DNA of 54,505 nucleotides. It comes from a virus. Under the pieces are notes generated by a model. It searched no databases. It worked only from the letters and a program-made list of their open reading frames with translations, and was not told the DNA's origin. The position numbers and the translations under genes are program-made. Within the stretch, counting starts at the first letter, position 1. Each line of letters begins with the position of its first letter. The stretch is taken from positions 1 through 54,505 of IMG/VR virus record IMGVR_UViG_3300006169_000038. One strand, 5' to 3'. This document shows positions 1-7,287 of this stretch, one piece after another.

Positions 1-87
1 GCAGCAAGTCAAGGTCAACGCCTTGCTTGCCGCCGAACGGAAGAAGGCAGAGGACGCCACGGCGCTCCGGCTCAAGCAGGAGGCGGA
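1..87. repeat. Terminal overlap identical to 54419..54505; indicates a circular or terminally redundant complete genome
   Basis: Read by eye: gcagcaagtcaaggtcaacgcc...caagcaggaggcgga occurs at both ends of the window. Confidence 0.95.
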
Positions 88-478
88 GGAGGCGAAGCGC
101 AAGGCCGACGCCGATGCAGATCGCAAGCGGCAAGAGGAAGCCGGTGAATACGAGACGGTCAAGGCGGCGCTGACCGATGAGCGGGATACCGCTGTTGCGG
201 AACGCGACACGCTTAAGGCGGAAAACGAGTCACTGGTTGCCTATTTCACCACGCAGTACGACGCGGCGATGAAGGACCTGCCCGAGACGATCCTCGCCTT
301 CCAGCCGGATGCCGACGCCCCGTTCGCCACGAAGGCGGCGTGGCTGGCGAAGGCCCAGGAGCAGGCGAAGAAGCTCGGGGCGACGACGGCGGGAGGCTCC
401 CGCCAGAACCCGCCCGCGAACGGTGCGGCGAAGCCGAAGGTGCCGAGCGTGCTGTCACCCAAACGGATCATGAACTAG
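2..478 (+). CDS. Scaffolding-like protein, C-terminal part; the ORF starts at 54279 and crosses the circular junction
   Basis: Frame is open from base 2. Ala/Glu/Lys/Arg-rich coiled-coil text (AERKKAEDATALRLKQEAEEAKRKADADADRKRQEE). Lies directly upstream of the decoration and major capsid genes. Confidence 0.6.
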   Translation, partial: QQVKVNALLAAERKKAEDATALRLKQEAEEAKRKADADADRKRQEEAGEYETVKAALTDERDTAVAERDTLKAENESLVAYFTTQYDAAMKDLPETILAFQPDADAPFATKAAWLAKAQEQAKKLGATTAGGSRQNPPANGAAKPKVPSVLSPKRIMN

Positions 479-494
479 CGGGGAGCAGACCCTT

Positions 495-908
495 ATGGCC
501 GATCTGACGGTCACCGCAGCGCAACTGCGGCCCATTGAATCCATCGAGCTCCGCACTGTCTCGATGATCGCTGCCGAGGCGATCACGAAGGGGCAGGCGG
601 TCTACCAGAACACCTCCGGCAACGCCGCGCTGGCCGACGCCAGCGCCTCGGGCACCGTCGCCACGCTGGTCGGCATCGCGACGGAAGACGCCGCCGCCGG
701 CAGGGCCGTGACCGTGCTGCACTACGGCCGGCTCGCGGGCTACACCCTGACCGGGCTCAACGGCGGTGCCGCCGTCTACGTCTCGGACACCGCCGGCGCG
801 CTGGCCGATGCCGCCGGCACGGTCAGCAAGATCGTCGGCCGCGTCTTCCGCATGAACGACATCGACCGGACCAAGTTCCTGTTCGTTGACGTTCGCTTCA
901 ACGTGTAG
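495..908 (+). CDS. Head decoration-like protein (DUF2190-like)
   Basis: 137 aa with ITKGQAVY...LVGIATEDAAAGRAVTVLHYG, a pattern typical of DUF2190 proteins. Sits between scaffold and capsid genes. Confidence 0.55.
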   Translation: MADLTVTAAQLRPIESIELRTVSMIAAEAITKGQAVYQNTSGNAALADASASGTVATLVGIATEDAAAGRAVTVLHYGRLAGYTLTGLNGGAAVYVSDTAGALADAAGTVSKIVGRVFRMNDIDRTKFLFVDVRFNV

Positions 909-923
909 AAAGGGGGATGATCC

Positions 924-1976
924 ATGAGTCTCTTCGCAGGCATCCTCCGCACCGAGGACACCAACGCCGCCCTCACCTCGTTCGATCCCGAGATCATCGA
1001 GGAGGGCATCAACAGCATCCTGGCCACCTACGTGGCCGAGCGCAACGCCGCGCAATCCCTGTTCGTCGCCAGCGAAGTTACCGTCGCCTCCCAGCGCATC
1101 CGCGCCGGCGCGATTGACGAGGGGCAGGAACTGGGAGCGGACGGCCGCCCGCTCGAAACCCACGTCGGCGGCTACTACGACGTCGGGTTCCCGCTCAAGC
1201 GCGTCGGCTGGGCCGTCGGCTGGAACCGGGAGACCTTCGCCCACATGACCGTGGCCGACCTCGACCGTGAGGTGGGGGCCAAGGTGGCCGGCAACGCCCG
1301 CCGCCATACCCGCGAGATCATGCGCGCGCTGATGGCCGACAACGCCAACTTCACCTACACCGACGAGCTGGCCGGCAACGTCACCGTGCGCCGCCTCGCC
1401 AACACTGACGGCACCTCGTTCTACTACGGCGGGTCGGAGCAGGAGGATAACCACTACCTGTCCTCCGGCTACGCCAACACCGCGCTGAGCGCGACGAACA
1501 ACCCGTTCGTGACGCTGGCCGCCGAGATTCGCGAGCACTTCGACACCACGACCCGGATCGTCGCCTTCATCAATTCGGCGCAGCGCGCCGAGGTGCTGGC
1601 CGACCTGACGACGTTCGTGGACACGGCGGTGGTCGGGATCGAGCCGGCCAACGATACGGCGGTCGCCCTCGACCAGGGCATCAACGTGCCGGGCGACTTC
1701 CTCGGCATCGACTCGGCCTCCGGCGTGTTCGTCTACGTCTGGGACCGGATCCCGGCGTCGTACGTCTACGCGCAGGCGGTCGACGAAGCGCGCCCGGTCT
1801 CGCGGCGCGTACCGTCCCCGGAATCGCTGCGGGGGTTCACGCTCCTGCCCGAGGAATCGCACATCCCGTTCTACAAGCGGACCTGGCTCGAACTGTTCGG
1901 CTACGGCGTCAGCAACCGCCTCAGCGCGGCCGTGATGTTCCTCGACGCCGGCGCCTGGGCTGATCCGACGATCTAG
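924..1976 (+). CDS. Major capsid protein
   Basis: 350 aa, at the position after scaffold and decoration genes, with high GC3. Assigned from size and synteny. Confidence 0.7.
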   Translation: MSLFAGILRTEDTNAALTSFDPEIIEEGINSILATYVAERNAAQSLFVASEVTVASQRIRAGAIDEGQELGADGRPLETHVGGYYDVGFPLKRVGWAVGWNRETFAHMTVADLDREVGAKVAGNARRHTREIMRALMADNANFTYTDELAGNVTVRRLANTDGTSFYYGGSEQEDNHYLSSGYANTALSATNNPFVTLAAEIREHFDTTTRIVAFINSAQRAEVLADLTTFVDTAVVGIEPANDTAVALDQGINVPGDFLGIDSASGVFVYVWDRIPASYVYAQAVDEARPVSRRVPSPESLRGFTLLPEESHIPFYKRTWLELFGYGVSNRLSAAVMFLDAGAWADPTI

Positions 1977-1990
1977 GAAGGGGTGACCTG

Positions 1991-2329
1991 ATGGCATCGA
2001 AGATCGGGATGGCCCGGCGCAATGAAGCCGCCCAGGCGCGGATTGACGCAGCGCTGGAGTCGATCGTCGCGGATGCCGGACTCGCCCTGCCCGAGCGCCC
2101 TGCCCGATCGCGGGATGCGGTGTGGGACGAAACGCAACGGCTGGAATGGCAGGCTGATCTCCTGGAAACCGTGCGTCGCGCACTGGTTCAGGATGAACCA
2201 GACCTTGCCTCACTCAAGCGCGCGGAGCTCGACGCCTACGCGGAAGCGCACGGGGTCACCGATCCCGGCGCGCTGCCGAACAAGGATGCCGTGCTTGCCG
2301 CAATTGCCGCCGCAGAGGTGCCGGCATGA
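1991..2329 (+). CDS. Small head-module protein with a Rho-N/SAP-like helix-extension-helix C-terminus
   Basis: LKRAELDAYAEAHGVTDPGALPNKDAVLAAIAAAE. Confidence 0.5.
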   Translation: MASKIGMARRNEAAQARIDAALESIVADAGLALPERPARSRDAVWDETQRLEWQADLLETVRRALVQDEPDLASLKRAELDAYAEAHGVTDPGALPNKDAVLAAIAAAEVPA

Positions 2330-2709
2330 CCTACGACCCGGCCCGCCTGACGCCGCTCGATGAAATCCGGTTCCTCGCCTATGACACGGGCGCGACCGAG
2401 ATCTGCTCCGATACGGAGTACGAGGCGAGCATCGCCAAGTACACCAACTGGAAGTATGCGGCCGCCGAAATGATCGAGGCGGTGGCGGATCGGGTGGACC
2501 AGAAGCGAACGTCATTCACGGCGCCGGGTGATGTTGCGCTGTCGTGGTCACCGCAACGGACAGCCGGCCTTCGCAAGAAGGCCACGCTGCTCCGAGCGGA
2601 GGCTGACGCGGAAGAGAACCCGAGCACGGTCGGAACGGTGACGACGCTCACCATGCCCTACCTGACCGGCGGCGAGTACGCCGTCGATGCGGAGGATTTG
2701 GCATGGTAG
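2326..2709 (+). CDS. Head-tail connector/adaptor (putative)
   Basis: 127 aa; ATGA overlap with the upstream gene; synteny. Confidence 0.45.
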   Translation: MTYDPARLTPLDEIRFLAYDTGATEICSDTEYEASIAKYTNWKYAAAEMIEAVADRVDQKRTSFTAPGDVALSWSPQRTAGLRKKATLLRAEADAEENPSTVGTVTTLTMPYLTGGEYAVDAEDLAW

Positions 2710-3098
2710 ACGGAACTTCCACGCTGACCGATGCCGAGATTGCGGAGTTGCGGCAGGACTACGCCGACGGCATGGCGACGCTCCAAGCATGGACGCACGG
2801 CCCGGTGATCGTGCTCTCCCGGCTCGGGGAGGCGACGACCGACACCGTGACCTGCATCACGATCCGGCTCGCCGACCGGCAGGAGGAAACGACCGGCTTT
2901 GGCACGGCGACCACCGGCACCGAGCAGAGCGGCATCTTCAAGGCGTGGGCGACCGAGTTCAGCCGGCCCCCGCGCAGCGGCGACACCTTCACCTGGGGCG
3001 CGTTCACCTGCACGGTGGCGCTTGACCGCGGGGAGGAGTTGAAGGATTCCGGCGTGTGGGCGGTGAACTTCATCGCAAGGCAAAGGAACCGGACGTAA
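2703..3098 (+). CDS. Head closure / head-tail joining protein (putative)
   Basis: 131 aa; synteny. Confidence 0.4.
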   Translation: MVDGTSTLTDAEIAELRQDYADGMATLQAWTHGPVIVLSRLGEATTDTVTCITIRLADRQEETTGFGTATTGTEQSGIFKAWATEFSRPPRSGDTFTWGAFTCTVALDRGEELKDSGVWAVNFIARQRNRT

Positions 3099-3466
3099 TG
3101 GCCGTGTTCTGGACGAAGCCGCCGACGATCATCGCGGCGGCGATCAACTACCGCAAGAACCGGGCGCGCACGCGCATTTTCGCTGCGGCGGCGACACACG
3201 CGGCGCGGGGTGAGGCGGCGATGAAGGCCGGCGCGCCGTGGAACGACCGGACCGGCAATGCCCGGCAGGGGTTGTTCGGGCAGGCGGAGATCAGCGGTGC
3301 GGCGGCCACGATCACGCTCGGGCACACCGTCAGTTACGGCCCGTACCTCGAGTTGGGCACGAGCAAGATGGCCCCCCGGCCGATCGTGGTGCCGACCGTG
3401 ACCGAGATCGCGGCGGCGTTCGTCAAGGAATCGGCCGTGATCGTCCGTAGCGAGTTCGGGGGCTAG
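3098..3466 (+). CDS. HK97 gp10-like tail component
   Basis: APWNDRTGNARQGL...YGPYLELGTSKMAPRPIVVP matches the gp10-family pattern. Internal ATG at 3098 overlaps the previous stop. Confidence 0.65.
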   Translation: MAVFWTKPPTIIAAAINYRKNRARTRIFAAAATHAARGEAAMKAGAPWNDRTGNARQGLFGQAEISGAAATITLGHTVSYGPYLELGTSKMAPRPIVVPTVTEIAAAFVKESAVIVRSEFGG

Positions 3467-3468
3467 CG

Positions 3469-3921
3469 ATGGCCGCGACCGCGACGCTGATCCGGGACTA
3501 CCTGCTGCAGGACGCGACGATCACGGCGCTGACCGCCACCCGCATCTATGACCGCGACGTGCGGACGGCCGGGCCGGATACGCCCTCCACGTTCCCCTAC
3601 GCGGATTCGGGGGTGCCGCTGACGCACCTGATCGTCGATGACAGCGGCGGCACGGCGGCGCCATTGGGGCCGTCGGGCGCGTATCAGGATCAGGTACGGG
3701 TCTGGATCATCGGGCCGAACACGGCCACCGGGCGGGGTGAGGTGGAACTGCTGACGCAGCGGGTGCGGGTCCGGCTCCACCGCTGGCAGGAGGGCACGAG
3801 TCGCGTGTTCGCGACCTACGCCAGCCGGACCGGGTTCGTCGCCGATCCACCGCCGCACCTCGGCGTGATGGACGTGCTCACGTTCGCAGTTGCCGGCCTC
3901 ACGGTTGGCGCAAGGAGCTAA
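3469..3921 (+). CDS. Tail completion/terminator-like protein (DUF3168-like)
   Basis: N-terminus LIRDYLLQDATITALTATRIYDRDV; synteny. Confidence 0.5.
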   Translation: MAATATLIRDYLLQDATITALTATRIYDRDVRTAGPDTPSTFPYADSGVPLTHLIVDDSGGTAAPLGPSGAYQDQVRVWIIGPNTATGRGEVELLTQRVRVRLHRWQEGTSRVFATYASRTGFVADPPPHLGVMDVLTFAVAGLTVGARS

Positions 3922-3925
3922 CGGA

Positions 3926-4087
3926 ATGACCGACAAGGAACCGACCAAGAGCGAGCAGGACAAGCTCGACCGGCTCGCCAAGGAATTCGCGGAAACCGGC
4001 AAGTACGAGCCGGGCTACGAGTACCAGTACGTCACCAACGGCGGCGAGACCCGCGTGGTGGCGAAGAAGATCGAACGGAAGGGCTAA
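3926..4087 (+). CDS. Hypothetical small protein
   Basis: AAGGAG Shine-Dalgarno sequence 8 nt upstream of ATG 3926; 53 aa. Confidence 0.5.
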   Translation: MTDKEPTKSEQDKLDRLAKEFAETGKYEPGYEYQYVTNGGETRVVAKKIERKG

Positions 4088-4091
4088 CGCC

Positions 4092-4760
4092 ATGCCACGC
4101 ATCGAGCTGGCGCCACTCGGCCCGTTCCACGACCTGGAGGCGACGGTCGCGAGGATTCGCGCCGCGCATCCGGGGATCACGGACCGGGGGGTGAACCAGG
4201 CGGTCAAGCGGATGCTGAACGGGTACAAGCCGCGCCACAAGGGGCGGATCGTCTACCTGTTCGGGGCCGACATCATGACCGCCCAGATCGATGCGATCCC
4301 GGCATGGCGGTGGCTCTCCGACGGCGCGAAAGCGCGGTTGCTGGAACACCCGACCGAGGGCGGCACCTGCCTCCCCGAGACGGTCGACGGCGACGACGAC
4401 CAGACGCGGATCGACCTCGTGCAAGCGGGGCTGATCAATGAGCACTACCGCAAGGGCGTGAACCGCTCGGTCCTGATCAGCCCGCGCGGGTTGTCGCAGA
4501 CCTACGTCTGGCGGATCGAGAACGACTGGCTGCAGGAGGTGACGCCCGCCGACTACCGGCTGATCTTCGCCCACCCGGCCAGCCGCCGGCGGTTCCGCGA
4601 CCCCGACCGGCACGGCCCGTACCAGGACGTGCGGTCGTACGACGGGCCCAACATCGTCACCCATCGCGAGGTGTCCCGGTCAATGCGGGACGTGGAGTAC
4701 ATGCTGCGGCAGACCACCGCCGCCAAGAACTGGCAGGGTTCGGACCTGCCGAAGCAGTAA
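4092..4760 (+). CDS. Hypothetical protein (222 aa) between tail completion and major tail genes
   Basis: Long ORF with protein-like composition; no motif recognised. Confidence 0.6.
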   Translation: MPRIELAPLGPFHDLEATVARIRAAHPGITDRGVNQAVKRMLNGYKPRHKGRIVYLFGADIMTAQIDAIPAWRWLSDGAKARLLEHPTEGGTCLPETVDGDDDQTRIDLVQAGLINEHYRKGVNRSVLISPRGLSQTYVWRIENDWLQEVTPADYRLIFAHPASRRRFRDPDRHGPYQDVRSYDGPNIVTHREVSRSMRDVEYMLRQTTAAKNWQGSDLPKQ

Positions 4761-4772
4761 CGGAGGAACGCA

Positions 4773-5339
4773 ATGGCTGGAGCACCAGTTACCGGCTACA
4801 ACCTCAATCACCTGCAGGTGGCGGCCAAGTCCGGCTCGCCCACCTACAAGGACATCAACTACGCGCAGACGATCGAGTTCCCGATCACGCAGGACTCGGA
4901 GACGCTGCGGGCCGACGGCGCGGCGGTCGTGACCGCGCAGAGCGCCCCCGAGGGTGGCGGCTCGATCCAGTTCGCCAGCATCGACCTCGCCACGATGGCG
5001 GTCATGACCGGCGGCACCACGAGCGAGTCCGGCACCGCTGGCACCCGCATTACGCGGCTGGAGATTCCGTCCGATTACAGCCCGCCGGCCGTGATCGTGG
5101 TCGCGTGGATCCCGAACGTGGACGGCAACAGCACGTCCGCCGGCCTCCGCGTCACGATCCCCAACGGCAAGCTCACGATGCCGTCCGGCACCTTCGGCCA
5201 GGAATCCTGGTCGGAGATGTCGTCCGACCTCTCGTTCGTCGGTGACGACAACGACGTGATGCTGATCTGGGAAGAGCTCGCGACCGCGCCGACGTTCACC
5301 AGTGGCGTGATCCCGACCAACCTGACCCCGCCGGCCTAA
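4773..5339 (+). CDS. Major tail protein
   Basis: 188 aa, upstream of the chaperone pair and tape measure gene, followed by a strong hairpin. Confidence 0.65.
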   Translation: MAGAPVTGYNLNHLQVAAKSGSPTYKDINYAQTIEFPITQDSETLRADGAAVVTAQSAPEGGGSIQFASIDLATMAVMTGGTTSESGTAGTRITRLEIPSDYSPPAVIVVAWIPNVDGNSTSAGLRVTIPNGKLTMPSGTFGQESWSEMSSDLSFVGDDNDVMLIWEELATAPTFTSGVIPTNLTPPA

Positions 5340-5356
5340 CGGCTGACGGCTGACCC

Positions 5357-5385
5357 GATGGGGGCGGGAATGGCCCGCCCCCATC
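5357..5385 (+). terminator. Strong hairpin after the major tail gene (12-bp perfect stem)
   Basis: gatgggggcggg-aatgg-cccgcccccatc. Confidence 0.6.
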
Positions 5386-5405
5386 CCACAAAAGGATAGC
5401 GACCG

Positions 5406-5957
5406 ATGGCATTCAATCTTCCCACCCGTGACGCGCTCCGTGAACACAAGTTGCGTGTCCTGGAGGACGGCTACGAATTCCCCCTCGCCGCCACCTCCCT
5501 CGTCTACGGGCAGAAACTGACCGCCCGCGCCCACCGCCTGAGCACTACCGACAAGGCCGCGATCGACGCCCTCCCCACCACGTTGCAGGACACCGTGTGG
5601 TCGGGCATCAAGCAGTTTGCCGAGCTCGTGAAGGACGGTCGCGAACCGGCCAGCCTGGCCGAGGCGGCGGCCCGCAACGACGAAATTCGCAAGGCCGCTA
5701 ATGGCTTCTGCATCGCCGCCTTCATCGAGCCGCGCCTGGTCGCGACCGAGGCGGAACTGGCCGGCAATCCCGGTGCCTACGTCGTGGACGACATCGAGGC
5801 TGAGGACCGCATCTCGTTCATGTATGCCTGTCTCGACGCCGATTCCGCGCAGGCGAAGCAACTGCGTCCTTTTCGTCGCGAACGCGCGCATGACGTACCT
5901 CACGATGCGGCTGTGCCAGTTGCCGCGGCTTCCATCGGAATTGTGGAACCTGCGTAG
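5406..5957 (+). CDS. Tail assembly chaperone (gpG-like)
   Basis: Lies between the major tail and tape measure genes. GC3 collapses after about 5866 while the overlapping frame becomes coding. Confidence 0.65.
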   Translation: MAFNLPTRDALREHKLRVLEDGYEFPLAATSLVYGQKLTARAHRLSTTDKAAIDALPTTLQDTVWSGIKQFAELVKDGREPASLAEAAARNDEIRKAANGFCIAAFIEPRLVATEAELAGNPGAYVVDDIEAEDRISFMYACLDADSAQAKQLRPFRRERAHDVPHDAAVPVAAASIGIVEPA

Positions 5958-6252
5958 CGCGGGGTACGACGAGGAAACGTGCCTCGACTTCGACCTCGCG
6001 CACATCACGTTCTGGGACGATTTCGAGGGTCACCGCAACGAGCGCAAAAAGGTCACGGTGCCACAGTCGCAACGGCTGGGGCCGAACCAGGCATGGGTGC
6101 CGACGTATGCCGGCGACGGCGACATCCTCCGCAGCTTCTACGGCGTGGGCCGACCGGCGGCGGACGCACCAGACCCGATCGTGGCCGCGTTGACCGATGA
6201 CGACCTCGCCACGTTCCTGCCGGAGTGGGACGCGCCGGAGATGCAGGCATGA
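5872..6252 (+). CDS. gpT-like extension of the tail assembly chaperone; reached by a +1 shift at 5868-5876 or started independently at ATG 5890
   Basis: High-GC3 frame reading LFVANARMTYL...GYDEETCLDFDLAHITFWDDFEG. It overlaps the 3' end of the gpG-like ORF. Confidence 0.55.
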   Translation, partial: FVANARMTYLTMRLCQLPRLPSELWNLRSAGYDEETCLDFDLAHITFWDDFEGHRNERKKVTVPQSQRLGPNQAWVPTYAGDGDILRSFYGVGRPAADAPDPIVAALTDDDLATFLPEWDAPEMQA

Positions 6253-6485
6253 GCGAACGGGACCGCCACAACCGAACCCAGGCGGTCCCGTTCGGCGCGC
6301 CGGGCCATGTTGACTTTGTCGTGATCGATGGGCGTTACGTGCGCTACCGCTGCAAGCACCGCACCTGCCCCGAGCGGGAGGCGGCGCGGCTGCGGGGCGA
6401 GTACGCCTACCACGTCGTGGACGTGGTGACGCACCTGGCATGGTTCGAGTACGAGCCGATCCCGCCCAAGCGGCGCGTGGCCTAA
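6249..6485 (+). CDS. Hypothetical small protein (78 aa, Cys/His-containing)
   Basis: ATGA overlap with the previous stop; high GC3; CKHRTCPERE. Confidence 0.55.
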   Translation: MSERDRHNRTQAVPFGAPGHVDFVVIDGRYVRYRCKHRTCPEREAARLRGEYAYHVVDVVTHLAWFEYEPIPPKRRVA

Positions 6486-7123
6486 GTGTCCACCTCGGTC
6501 ATGCCGGCCGGTACATCGGACAGGGTCGGCAGGGCATCCGTGAGCGCATCGCCTGGCCAGCGGTCGATCATCCCCTCGGCTATCGCGATGGTGGGCGTCA
6601 TGGCCCCGGCCCGCGTTTGCCCCACCATCACCTGCACCTCGCGATCCTGCCGAATGATGCAGATGCCGAATGCCCACGCTTCATCCTCATCCTTCAGGAC
6701 CACCAGTGACCGCGCCAGCCGATCGTCACCAAGCGGCGGCATCGACACATCCCGCGCCCGGAATGTCGCGTTGGCATAGTCGGCGTCGGCCAGGACCACC
6801 GATTCATAATACGCCTGCACCATATCGGCCAGTGGCTCGACCGCATCCCGCGCGTCGAGGCGGCGGACGAACGCCAGCGCCGCCGCCTCGATCATCACCA
6901 GCGTGCCGGCGATGAGATCGCTAAAGCCAGGATCGGCCAGCGCGAACGCGACCGCCTCCCCGCCATCGAACCCCTCCAGGCTCCAGTAGTCGATTGGTGC
7001 CGGGGCGGGTCGTGGAGTGGCTTGTGCCATGACCGGAACCGGCAGGACGGCGACAACGGCACCGGAAACGAGGGCACGGCGGGTGATGCGTGGCATGAGG
7101 TGTCCTTCGGTAGGGCGGCTCAT
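6482..7123 (-). CDS. Exported protein with a twin-arginine (Tat) signal peptide; reverse-strand insertion in the tail module
   Basis: MPRITRRALVSGAVVAVLPVPVMAQA signal. Alternative start at 7096 with an AAGGA Shine-Dalgarno sequence. Its own promoter lies at 7130-7157. Confidence 0.7.
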   Translation of the reverse strand: MSRPTEGHLMPRITRRALVSGAVVAVLPVPVMAQATPRPAPAPIDYWSLEGFDGGEAVAFALADPGFSDLIAGTLVMIEAAALAFVRRLDARDAVEPLADMVQAYYESVVLADADYANATFRARDVSMPPLGDDRLARSLVVLKDEDEAWAFGICIIRQDREVQVMVGQTRAGAMTPTIAIAEGMIDRWPGDALTDALPTLSDVPAGMTEVDT

Positions 7124-7129
7124 GCGGCC

Positions 7130-7157
7130 ATCTTACCAGCGAACCAGCGATTGCGAA
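7130..7157 (-). promoter_or_regulatory. Sigma70-like promoter for the Tat-signal gene; likely gives a leaderless mRNA
   Basis: On the minus strand: TTCGCA, 16-nt spacer, TAAGAT, then 6 nt to ATG 7123. Confidence 0.5.
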
Positions 7158-7189
7158 TAATGGCTGGCGCCGCTATACTGAACGTACAG
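7151..7189 (+). promoter_or_regulatory. Sigma70-like promoter upstream of the tape measure gene, overlapped by the ACTGAACGTACAG motif
   Basis: TTGCGA (7151-7156), 17-nt spacer, TATACT (7174-7179); motif at 7177-7189. Confidence 0.55.
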
Positions 7190-7287
7190 GGCTATCGGCT
7201 CGCCGGCAGCCACAAGACAGAGCGCTAGATTGGCGCGGTTTCTGGAGCAGTCCAGATGCCGCGCCATTTGTGTTTTAAGGCACACGC

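Noticed and set aside
468-2213. 581-aa ORF antisense to the decoration and major capsid genes
   Set aside because: Its composition is Arg/Gly/Pro/Ala/His-rich with no recognisable motifs. It fully overlaps well-supported + strand genes. Long spurious antisense ORFs are expected at this GC content.
4680-6008. 442-aa antisense ORF over the major tail and chaperone genes
   Set aside because: High-GC artefact with no motifs. The sense-strand genes show the expected synteny.
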